Of a stretch of 64,000 bases of DNA, positions 27,141-35,251 are shown piece after piece. Where the stretch lies: the NCBI GenBank assembly GCA_018971685.1, contig JAGXAG010000002.1:2276-66275 (forward strand), read 5' to 3'. This DNA comes from Patescibacteria group bacterium. Lineage in GTDB: Bacteria > Patescibacteriota > Minisyncoccia > Phycocordibacterales > PALSA-1337. Under the pieces are notes generated by a model. The model saw nothing but the letters and a program-made list of their open reading frames with translations, ran no database searches and was not told where the DNA came from. The translations under genes were made by a program, and so were the position numbers. Every line of letters starts with the position of its first letter. Position 1 is the first letter of the stretch.

Positions 27141-27842
27141 GTGGCAAAAACAATCACGATCGGCATCGACGAAGTCGGCCGGGGCCCCTTGGCCGGACCG
27201 GTTGCCGTTGGTGCTTTTGCCGTGAATAATAAGGCGGTTTTGAAGAGATTTCGCGGCGTCAAAGACTCGAAGCAATTATCCGAAAATCAGAGGAATGAAT
27301 GGATGAAAAAGATCCATCTCTACCACGATCATACCTCCGCTTACGATGTAGTCCGCTCCCATCACAGCGAGGCTGTGTGTTTCCCGACGCGAGCACAGCG
27401 ACAGGAGAGAAACACACGGCGAGCTAGGAGGGAGCGGGCGGTGCAAATAGAGTATGTCATCTCTTTCTCCAGCGCCCGCACCGTCGACCGACACGGAATA
27501 GTAAAAGCTATCAATTATGCGATAAAAAGATGTCTTGCAAAATTGGAGAAAAAAGGCTTCGCGCCGGTAAATTCAAGGATACTGTTGGACGGATCTTTGA
27601 AAGCTCCCGATAAGTATAAGAATCAGAAGACGATTATCAGCGGCGATGTCAAAGAACCCATCATCGCGCTGGCATCCATTTGCGCCAAAGTTGCTCGTGA
27701 CCGCCGTATGAAGCAAATAGGAAAGGATTATCCCGCGTACGGCTTCGAGATCCACAAAGGTTACGGCACCAGGCTACATTACCAGCGCCTTACCGAGAAC
27801 GGCCCCTGCATCCAACACCGCTTGACTTTTCTTAAGTTATGA
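27141..27842 (+). CDS. rnhB: Ribonuclease HII (GTG start) with an Arg-rich internal insertion
   Basis: GIDEVGRGPLAGPV active-site motif. DSK. C-terminal ASICAKVARD...GYGT... conserved blocks. About 40 extra residues (HHSEAVCFPTRAQRQERNTRRARRERAVQ) relative to typical RNase HII. Confidence 0.85.
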   Translation: MAKTITIGIDEVGRGPLAGPVAVGAFAVNNKAVLKRFRGVKDSKQLSENQRNEWMKKIHLYHDHTSAYDVVRSHHSEAVCFPTRAQRQERNTRRARRERAVQIEYVISFSSARTVDRHGIVKAINYAIKRCLAKLEKKGFAPVNSRILLDGSLKAPDKYKNQKTIISGDVKEPIIALASICAKVARDRRMKQIGKDYPAYGFEIHKGYGTRLHYQRLTENGPCIQHRLTFLKL

Positions 27843-27845
27843 TAT

Positions 27846-28988
27846 ATGATATCAAACATTATGAAAAACAAAATCACGAAAAACACTCCAGGCAAATTCT
27901 CGGCTCTGTTATTGGTTATTTCCGCGGCCATAACGCTGATGCCATCTTTGGCCAGTGCCAATTATTACGGTATCGGCGACCGTTATGGTTACAATAATTA
28001 TCAATCGACCGTCTACACTTATACGCCTCAGCCGATCTATTATCCTCAACCGACCCCCGTTTATGTGCCCCAGCCAGTGTATTATTCTCAGCCAGTCGTG
28101 CAGCCGGTCTATTATCCCGTTTACCAGTCTCTATCAGTATCTTGCGGTCCCAGCACTTATTCCGTAAATGCCGGGAACTCGGTCACTTGGACGGCTTACG
28201 CTTCAGGTGGCAACGGTTATTATTCTTACAACTGGTCCGGTACCGACGGTCTGTACGGTAGCGATTCTTCTATTTCGAAATATTATTACGATGGAGGCAT
28301 CAAATACGCTTCGGTTACGGTTTATTCCAACGGCCAATCAGTAACGCAAAATTGCGGGAACACTGTAACCGTCTACGGCAATTATTACGCGGCGAACTAC
28401 CCGGTTTATTATCAACAGCAAACGCCGGTCGTTGTGCAATCAACGCCGGTGGTTGTTCAACAATCTCCGACTTATTCCGTAACGCCAAATACAGTGATCG
28501 CTTCCGGATTGGACATAGGATGTTACGCCGATCCGACTTCGATAACAACCAACCAGCCGACCACTTGGACGGCCGAGGTGACGGGTGGAATGGCTCCATA
28601 TACCTATTCTTGGACCGGTTCCGACGGCCTTACCGGCAGTCAAAGCTCGGTGACGAAATATTATTCCGTTTCAGGCGATAAAAGCGCCATAGTTTCGGTC
28701 ACTTCCGCCGACGGCAAGACCGGCACCAGGGCATGCAGCAATTCGATCGCGGTGCGTTCAACCGCGAGTATATACGCCGCGGCCCCGCGCGCGACCTATA
28801 CGGCTCCGGTATCGCAAGCTTCCTCCCAACAGCCGGCCGCCGGCAATAATATTCCCGCCAATGCGCAATATTCAGCCGCGTCTCTCTTCTCGCTTTCGAA
28901 TGTCCCCTGGGGCTGGGTGGCGGTCTTGATTATCCTGGTTCTGTTCGCTACGGTTATGTATCTGCTGTTCAACAGGAAAAAGATATAA
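27846..28988 (+). CDS. Cell-surface protein: signal peptide, Tyr/Pro-rich repeats, two PKD-like repeat domains, C-terminal TM anchor
   Basis: Signal with ASA cleavage site. YYPQPTPVYVPQPVYYSQPVVQPVYYPVYQ repeat. Two homologous about 60-aa modules (VTWTAYASGGNGYYSYNWSGTDGLYGSDSS... and TTWTAEVTGGMAPYTYSWTGSDGLTGSQSS...). Hydrophobic C-terminus then RKKI. Confidence 0.6.
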   Translation: MISNIMKNKITKNTPGKFSALLLVISAAITLMPSLASANYYGIGDRYGYNNYQSTVYTYTPQPIYYPQPTPVYVPQPVYYSQPVVQPVYYPVYQSLSVSCGPSTYSVNAGNSVTWTAYASGGNGYYSYNWSGTDGLYGSDSSISKYYYDGGIKYASVTVYSNGQSVTQNCGNTVTVYGNYYAANYPVYYQQQTPVVVQSTPVVVQQSPTYSVTPNTVIASGLDIGCYADPTSITTNQPTTWTAEVTGGMAPYTYSWTGSDGLTGSQSSVTKYYSVSGDKSAIVSVTSADGKTGTRACSNSIAVRSTASIYAAAPRATYTAPVSQASSQQPAAGNNIPANAQYSAASLFSLSNVPWGWVAVLIILVLFATVMYLLFNRKKI

Positions 28989-29012
28989 TCTTCCTATCTA
29001 TCCTAGGAATGA

Positions 29013-29037
29013 AAAACCGGCCGAAACGGCCGGTTTT
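29013..29037. terminator. Bidirectional rho-independent terminator (AAAACCGGCCG-AAA-CGGCCGGTTTT)
   Basis: Perfect 11-bp stem flanked by A/T runs on both strands. Sits between a convergent plus-strand gene and thrS on the minus strand. Confidence 0.6.
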
Positions 29038-29061
29038 CCGATGAGGCGCTTTTAAATGCTC

Positions 29062-30837
29062 TCATTTTCTATCGTCTATTTTTTCTCGGAATATAGCCAA
29101 TACTTCATCCAACTTCATCTGCCCGACCTTGCCCCCGTCCCTGCTTTCCAACGTGACCTTTCCGGCCTCTATATCCTTGTCTCCTATGACTATGAAATAT
29201 GGCGCGCGCGAAAGCTTGGCCGTGCGCACCTTCTTGCCGAAATTGTCGTTCGACAGGTCGACTTCCGAACGGATGAATGTTCCGCGCAACGCCTTGTGTA
29301 TTTTCTCCGCCTCGGCGAAATGCGCTTCGGCGACCGGAATGACTTTCACTTGAACCGGCGCCAGCCAAAGAGGGAAATTGCCGCCGTAGTGCTCGATCAA
29401 AAATCCGATGAAACGCTCGTGCGTGCCCAAAGGCGCGCGGTGGATGCAAAGCGGCGTCTTTTCCTTGCCGTCTTTGCCGGTATAATTCAGACCGAAGCGC
29501 CTCGGCACCGCGAAGTCGACTTGGTTGGTCGCCAGGGTAAATTCGCGGCCGATGGCGGACCAGACCTGGACATCGATCTTGGGGCCGTAGAAAGCCGCTT
29601 CATTCGGGACTTCGACGAAAGGAATTTTGGCCCCGACCAAAACTTCGCGCACCATGTCCTCGGTCTTTTTCCACAATTCCGGTTCATCGACATATTTGTC
29701 TCCCAAGCGTTTTGGGTCATGGGTGGAAAAGCGCATGACATATTTGTCTATGCCGAAAATTTTGAAATACTCGAGATACATGTCATTCACGGCTTTGAAT
29801 TCGCCGGCGAATTGTTCTTCGGCGCAATATATATGGGCGTCATTCATTGACAGCATGCGCACGCGCATCAGGCCGAACAGCTCGCCTGATTTTTCGTGAC
29901 GGTAACAGGTGCCGTATTCGGCCAAGCGCAGAGGCAGATCGCGGTAACTCCTGGCTCTGGCCGCAAAAATCTTGTGATGGTGCGGGCAATTCATGGCCTT
30001 CAAGTAGTATTTGCCGCCTTCGTATTCCATCGGCGGAAACATGGACTCTTCGTAATATGGCAAATGGCCGCTTTTCAGGTACATGGAGTCTTTTGCTATG
30101 TGCGGCGTACGCACACGGACATAACCGGCTTTGAATTCGGTTTCTTTGGCGAGCTTCTCCAATTCTTCGATCATGATGGCGCCGTTGGGCAGCCACAATG
30201 GGAGTCCGGGCCCGGTATCATCGTTAAATTCGAAAATGTCCATCTCTTTGCCAAGCTTGCGGTGATCTCTCTTTTCGGCTTCTTTTATCATCGCTTCGTA
30301 TTCCTTCAGTTCTTTGCCGGAATCAAATGCCAGCCCGTAAATCCTGGTAAGCATTTTATTTTTCTCGTCGCCCCGCCAATACGCGCCGGCTATCCTAGAG
30401 AGCTTGAATGAATCGGGTTTTATGTCTTTAGCCGGATTTTCCGCGTGTCCGCCGCGACAGAGGTCTTCGAAGCCGCCGGCTTTATAAAAAGTTATTTTTT
30501 CATTTTTAGATATGATCTCGTTTATCAATTCAGCTTTGTATTTGTTTGAGCCGTTAGGTGAGGAAAAACTTGAAACGGCCTCATCTTTCGATAATTCTCG
30601 CGAAGTAAATTTTGTCCAAGTCGGCAGAATCTTACGCATCCGTTCTTCTATCACATGTAGGTCGCCCTCCGCGATGTTTGTTCCTGCGGGGAATTCGAAA
30701 TCGTAATAAAAGCCGTTATCTATCGCCGGACCGATCGTCGGCAAAGCGTCTGGATACATCTCCAATACGGCCGCTGCCAAAAGATGCGCCAAAGTGTGGC
30801 GTTTGTGTTCGAGAGGCTCCGAAGCGGTTTTGTCCAT
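29062..30837 (-). CDS. thrS: Threonyl-tRNA synthetase (short form without the N-terminal TGS/editing extension)
   Basis: HRAPLGTHERFIGFLIEHYGGNFPLWLAP class-II motif region. Anticodon-binding C-terminus. 591 aa. Confidence 0.95.
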   Translation of the reverse strand: MDKTASEPLEHKRHTLAHLLAAAVLEMYPDALPTIGPAIDNGFYYDFEFPAGTNIAEGDLHVIEERMRKILPTWTKFTSRELSKDEAVSSFSSPNGSNKYKAELINEIISKNEKITFYKAGGFEDLCRGGHAENPAKDIKPDSFKLSRIAGAYWRGDEKNKMLTRIYGLAFDSGKELKEYEAMIKEAEKRDHRKLGKEMDIFEFNDDTGPGLPLWLPNGAIMIEELEKLAKETEFKAGYVRVRTPHIAKDSMYLKSGHLPYYEESMFPPMEYEGGKYYLKAMNCPHHHKIFAARARSYRDLPLRLAEYGTCYRHEKSGELFGLMRVRMLSMNDAHIYCAEEQFAGEFKAVNDMYLEYFKIFGIDKYVMRFSTHDPKRLGDKYVDEPELWKKTEDMVREVLVGAKIPFVEVPNEAAFYGPKIDVQVWSAIGREFTLATNQVDFAVPRRFGLNYTGKDGKEKTPLCIHRAPLGTHERFIGFLIEHYGGNFPLWLAPVQVKVIPVAEAHFAEAEKIHKALRGTFIRSEVDLSNDNFGKKVRTAKLSRAPYFIVIGDKDIEAGKVTLESRDGGKVGQMKLDEVLAIFREKIDDRK

Positions 30838-30897
30838 GGATCAAATGATAGCACGAGCCGGAAAGCGCCGCCACGGCGGCTAACCGGACGGGCGCAT

Positions 30898-30926
30898 TTG
30901 CGCGATTTTTCGGAATATGCCATACT
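30898..30926 (+). promoter_or_regulatory. Candidate promoter TTGCGC - 17 nt - CATACT immediately upstream of rpmF (would give a leaderless or near-leaderless mRNA)
   Basis: Hexamers read directly. The -10 ends only 6 nt before the ATG at 30933. Confidence 0.3.
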
Positions 30927-30932
30927 GTCCAC

Positions 30933-31157
30933 ATGGTAGTAAGAATGCGCGCCACGCGGTCGCACCGCGACAACAGGAGATCTCACCACGCTTTGGAAGC
31001 GGCGCGTTTTTCTAAGTGCCAGAATTGCGGCGCGGCGCGCAAGAGCCACACCGTCTGTATGAATTGCGGATGGTATAACGGTAGGAAGGTTATAGACCTT
31101 GCGGCCAAAGCCGCCAAAAAAGCCTCCAAAGCCAAAAAAGCCGAAAACGCCCGCTAA
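30933..31157 (+). CDS. rpmF: 50S ribosomal protein L32 (bL32)
   Basis: TRSHRDNRRSHHAL ... CQNCG ... SHTVCMNCGWYNGRKV matches the L32 zinc-ribbon pattern. C-terminal Lys/Ala-rich tail. Confidence 0.8.
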   Translation: MVVRMRATRSHRDNRRSHHALEAARFSKCQNCGAARKSHTVCMNCGWYNGRKVIDLAAKAAKKASKAKKAENAR

Positions 31158-31195
31158 TTTCGTTAACAAGATAATCAAGTTCGTTCTTTAATTCA

Positions 31196-32095
31196 ATGGC
31201 AAATCGCCATTTATCTAGATCAATCGCACTGCAATCTCTCTTCGAGTGGGATTTTCGCGGCTGCGATAAAGGCAGTATTTCAGGTATAGTGGCGCGCGAC
31301 ATGAAAGAATTCGCGCCCGGCATGGCTGACTCTTCATTCGTCGAAGAATTACTTAAGGGCATCGTTGCCAAACAAGCCAATCTCGACGATGTCATCGCCA
31401 AGGCCGCGCCGGAATGGCCGGTTGAGAAGATTTCTCCGGTGGACAGGAATGTTTTACGCATAGGATTGTACGAATTGCTTTTTGCTGATCGCGCCGAAGT
31501 GCCGGCCAAGGTCGCCATCAATGAGGCCATCGAACTGGCCAAAACTTTCGGCGGCGAAACAAGCGGCCGGTTCGTCAACGGCGTTTTGGGCGCTGTGTAC
31601 AAAGAGCTCGGCGAACCGGGCAAGGATGCCGTGCCTTCAAAAAAGAAAAAGGCCGAAGTGCCTTACGAGCAAATGCCCATACAGCATTTGGGCGGGGCGG
31701 TGATTTGCTCCCGCGACGGCAAAGATGCTTACATGGCGTTCGTGCACGACGCTTTCGGCCACTGGACATTGTCGAAAGGTAAAATTCCAGAAGGCACGGA
31801 TCCGAAGGATGGCACCGTCGCCAAGGTGAAAGAAGAGATCGGTCTGGAAGTGGCGATCAAGGCAGATCTCGGCCAGAATGAATACATCGCCAACGATCCT
31901 GAAATAGGCAAAATACGCAAGCAGGTGCATTATTATTTGGCGGAATCGCCGTTTGTCAAACTCAAATTGGCCAAAAAACCAGGCCTGAATGATGCCAAAT
32001 GGTTTAAGCTGGCTGATATTATGGACCTGAATTTTTACGATGACATTTTGCCGATTGTCACGAAAGCCGTCACTATTTTTAGCAAAAGCGAGTGA
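31196..32095 (+). CDS. nusB: NusB transcription antitermination factor fused to a C-terminal Nudix-like domain
   Basis: NusB core (RSIALQSLFEWDF...NVLRIGLYELLFADRAEVPAKVAINEAIELAKTFGGETSGRFVNGVLG) is about 140 aa. A Lys-rich linker follows, then a Nudix-fold-like module (LGGAVICSRDGKDAYMAFVHDAFGHWTLSKGKIPEGTDPKDGTVAKVKEEIGLEV...) whose Nudix box keeps the EE..GL but lacks the canonical E7/R15/E16. Confidence 0.8.
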   Translation: MANRHLSRSIALQSLFEWDFRGCDKGSISGIVARDMKEFAPGMADSSFVEELLKGIVAKQANLDDVIAKAAPEWPVEKISPVDRNVLRIGLYELLFADRAEVPAKVAINEAIELAKTFGGETSGRFVNGVLGAVYKELGEPGKDAVPSKKKKAEVPYEQMPIQHLGGAVICSRDGKDAYMAFVHDAFGHWTLSKGKIPEGTDPKDGTVAKVKEEIGLEVAIKADLGQNEYIANDPEIGKIRKQVHYYLAESPFVKLKLAKKPGLNDAKWFKLADIMDLNFYDDILPIVTKAVTIFSKSE

Positions 32096-32832
32096 TGGCA
32101 TGGACGCGGGCGATCGGCAACCAAATGACCAAAATGAAGACAGACTTCGAAAAATTCGCTGAACAGATAGGGGTCGAATTCGACGACATCGCTCTGTTGC
32201 GAGCCGCCTGCACCCACCGTTCGTATTTGAACGAGAATAAAAAATCCGGCACGGAGCATAACGAGCGCTTGGAATTCTTGGGTGATGCGGTGTTGGAATT
32301 GGTCGTCACCAGTTTCCTCTTCCGCAAATATCCCAAGAAAGCCGAAGGTGAACTGACCGCTTTCAGGTCGGCATTAGTCAACACCGTGAGTTTGACCAAA
32401 GTCGCACAATCGATCGGCCTTAACGATTTTATGCTCCTATCGCGCGGCGAAGCCAAAGACGGCGGTCGCGCCCGTTCCGTCATCCTGGCCAATGCGGTCG
32501 AGGCGGTCATCGGCGCCATTTACATGGATCGCGGATACAATGCCGCCGCCAATTTCATTTCCAACCACCTTTTGAATACGATCGACATCGAAGAAATCGT
32601 CAAGAACAAAAGTTGGATTGACGCCAAGAGCCGTTTTCAGGAAAGGGCGCAAGAGAAAACGGGAATCACGCCTTCTTACCGGACGCTAAAGGAAGAGGGT
32701 CCCGATCACGACAAAAAGTTTACGCTTGGGGTCTTTCTGGGCGATGTCCAGGTTGCTACCGGCGCCGGGCCGTCGAAACAAGAGGCCGAACAAAAAGCGG
32801 CAGAGAAAGCGCTTGACATTAAAGGGTGGTGA
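32092..32832 (+). CDS. rnc: Ribonuclease III
   Basis: RNase III signature ERLEFLGDAVLELVV. C-terminal dsRBD. Start overlaps the nusB stop (ATGA). Confidence 0.9.
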   Translation: MMAWTRAIGNQMTKMKTDFEKFAEQIGVEFDDIALLRAACTHRSYLNENKKSGTEHNERLEFLGDAVLELVVTSFLFRKYPKKAEGELTAFRSALVNTVSLTKVAQSIGLNDFMLLSRGEAKDGGRARSVILANAVEAVIGAIYMDRGYNAAANFISNHLLNTIDIEEIVKNKSWIDAKSRFQERAQEKTGITPSYRTLKEEGPDHDKKFTLGVFLGDVQVATGAGPSKQEAEQKAAEKALDIKGW

Positions 32833-32860
32833 CAAGGTCGGACCTCGAAAAGGAATGAAC

Positions 32861-35248
32861 ATGTATCTGAAATCACTCGAACTATCAGGCTTCAAATCAT
32901 TCGCCAAGAAATCGGCACTGTCTTTCAATTCTGCCATAACCGGCATAGTGGGCCCGAACGGCAGCGGCAAAAGTAATGTCGCAGAGGCTTTCAGATTTGT
33001 CCTTGGCGAGCAATCCATCAAGTCGCTTCGCGGCAAAAGAGGCGAAGACCTCATCTGGAACGGCGGCGGCGACAACGCTTCCGGCGGCGGCAGAGCCAAT
33101 CGCGCAGGGGTAAAATTGACCTTTGATAATTCAAGGCAGATGTTTCCTGCCATAGACTTTGACGAAGTAACCGTCGAAAGGGTAGTCCATCGCGACAATT
33201 CCAACGAATATTTACTGAACGGCAGCCAAGTCAGGCTGAAAGACATTGTCGAATTGTTAGCCGCGGCGCATATCGGCGCCACCGGACATCACATCATTTC
33301 CCAGGGCGAAGCCGACAGAATATTGTCCGCATCCATCCGCGAGCGCCGGGAGATGATCGAGGACGCGCTCGGCCTCAAGATCTACCAGTGGAAGAAGCTC
33401 GAAAGCGTCCGCAAGCTCGAAAGAACCGAGGAGAATATGAAACAAGTCGAGTCGCTCCGCCGGGAAATCGCGCCGCATCTCAAATTCTTGAAGAAGCAAG
33501 TCGAAAAAGTCGAAAAAGCCGAGCAGATGCGCGTCGAACTCGTCACACTGTACAAAGAATATTTTGCCGCCGAAGATCATTACATAAAAACCGAAAAAGA
33601 AAGATTAAGCCGTGAATTGGCCGCGCCCAAGACGGAATCGGCCGGCCTCGAACGGGATTTGGAGAAAGCCAAGGGCATATTGTCCGCGTCGGAAAACAAA
33701 GACCACAAGAGCGAAGAAGTCATTTCGATCGAGAATAGATTGGCGACTATTCGCCGTGAAGTCGATGCTGCCACCCGCGAGTTGGGGGTGATCGAAGGCG
33801 AGATAAGGGCTGACGAGAGAGTCATCGAAAAAGAGCGATCCAGGATGAAGGACGAGGAGGCGAGGATGGTCTATCTGAAAGATGTCGAGGAAGTTGTCAG
33901 GCGCATCGAAGGATTCAATATATTTGACGACGCTAAAAAGCTTTGGAGCGAAGTCGTGAATGTTCTTCGTGAATTTATCGGCAAGCACCATTCCGTCGCC
34001 GATTCGGCCATGATCGACGACGCCGAGAAGGAAATCGTCGGCTTGAAAAACAGCAAGAGCAGGTTGGAGAAGATGCTTGCAGAGCTAAATCGCGCCGAGA
34101 CTAAGCTGAACCGCGAATACGAAGAGCTCAAGCGCCAGATCGAAAAAGAAAAAGATACCAATCGCGACGCCGAGAAGGATGTTTTTCGGATCATCGCGCG
34201 CCAAAATGAAGTGCGCGGACTGATCTCCGCTTTGACGAATCAGCTGGATACTGTTTCGCGAGACGAAGAAGCGTTCAAACGGGAGCTTGGCGAAGCGGCG
34301 ATAATAGTCGGCAGGGAGGCGACGGAGTATTCGGACTTCGCCCCACCCGCCACGAAGGAATCCGATGGACGCCTCGGAGGCCGCGAAGGCGGCCGAGAGC
34401 CAGCCGCGCCTAGAGCAGGCGGCGACGCCGTGTCCCGAGGGTCCTTCGTGGCGGGTGTGGCGAAGTCCGACCGCGAGACCCAATCATTCCGACTTAAGCA
34501 AATCGAAAAGATCAAGATCCGTCTGGAAGACGCAGGCGGTTCTGGTGGCGCGGAAGTCATGAAGGAATACAGGGAGACTGAGGAGCGCAATACATTCCTG
34601 GGCAAAGAACTCGAAGATCTGGAAAAAGCCAAAGCCGAACTTTTGAAACTGATTGCTGAGCTCGATACGCGGATCGATTACGAATTCAAAAGCGGCATTA
34701 TGAAAATAAATGCCGAATTCCAGAAATTCTTTGCACTCATGTTCGGCGGCGGCAAAGCCGAACTGACCGTTATCAAAGAACCAAAGCGCCGGAAAAAGAG
34801 CGATGCCGAGGAATTAGCCGAAGTTTTGAGAAATCCGGAAGAGGCGGTTGACGGCGATCTGTCGGAACAGCCGGAAGAAGAGGCGGAAGGCCCCGAAGGC
34901 CTCGAAGTCACTGTTAGTTTGCCGCGGAAAAAAGTCAAAGGCCTGGTCATGCTTTCGGGTGGCGAGCGCGCGCTCACTTCTATTGCTCTCCTGTTTGCCG
35001 TCTCGCAAGTCAACCCGCCGCCGTTCATCATTCTGGACGAGACGGACGCGGCGCTCGATGAAGCCAACAGCCGCAAGTACGGCGACATGATCGAAGACTT
35101 GTCCAAGCGCTCCCAGCTCATCCTGATCACCCACAACCGCGAGACCATGTCCAGGGCCGGCGTGCTCTATGGCATCACCATGTCTTCCGACGGCGCTTCG
35201 CGTTTGCTTTCGATCGCGTTCGAGGAGGCCGTCAAGGTGGCGAAATAA
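32861..35248 (+). CDS. smc: Chromosome segregation protein SMC, shortened (about 795 aa; hinge region replaced by a low-complexity segment)
   Basis: N-terminal Walker A GPNGSGKSNV. Q-loop region HIISQGEADRIL. Long coiled-coil. C-terminal signature LSGGERALTSIALLFA. Walker B FIILDETDAALD. Start chosen at MYLKSLELSGFKSF (AAGGA RBS 6 nt upstream). Confidence 0.7.
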   Translation: MYLKSLELSGFKSFAKKSALSFNSAITGIVGPNGSGKSNVAEAFRFVLGEQSIKSLRGKRGEDLIWNGGGDNASGGGRANRAGVKLTFDNSRQMFPAIDFDEVTVERVVHRDNSNEYLLNGSQVRLKDIVELLAAAHIGATGHHIISQGEADRILSASIRERREMIEDALGLKIYQWKKLESVRKLERTEENMKQVESLRREIAPHLKFLKKQVEKVEKAEQMRVELVTLYKEYFAAEDHYIKTEKERLSRELAAPKTESAGLERDLEKAKGILSASENKDHKSEEVISIENRLATIRREVDAATRELGVIEGEIRADERVIEKERSRMKDEEARMVYLKDVEEVVRRIEGFNIFDDAKKLWSEVVNVLREFIGKHHSVADSAMIDDAEKEIVGLKNSKSRLEKMLAELNRAETKLNREYEELKRQIEKEKDTNRDAEKDVFRIIARQNEVRGLISALTNQLDTVSRDEEAFKRELGEAAIIVGREATEYSDFAPPATKESDGRLGGREGGREPAAPRAGGDAVSRGSFVAGVAKSDRETQSFRLKQIEKIKIRLEDAGGSGGAEVMKEYRETEERNTFLGKELEDLEKAKAELLKLIAELDTRIDYEFKSGIMKINAEFQKFFALMFGGGKAELTVIKEPKRRKKSDAEELAEVLRNPEEAVDGDLSEQPEEEAEGPEGLEVTVSLPRKKVKGLVMLSGGERALTSIALLFAVSQVNPPPFIILDETDAALDEANSRKYGDMIEDLSKRSQLILITHNRETMSRAGVLYGITMSSDGASRLLSIAFEEAVKVAK

Positions 35249-35251
35249 ATA

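Noticed and set aside
27352-27445. Intein or mobile intron inside rnhB
   Set aside because: The insert is only about 40 aa, in-frame, and lacks intein splicing motifs (no Cys/Ser +1 ... HN-Cys/Ser/Thr). Interpreted as a simple insertion or loop.
29056-29850. 264-aa plus-strand ORF
   Set aside because: Antisense within thrS, which has unambiguous class-II aaRS motifs on the opposite strand.
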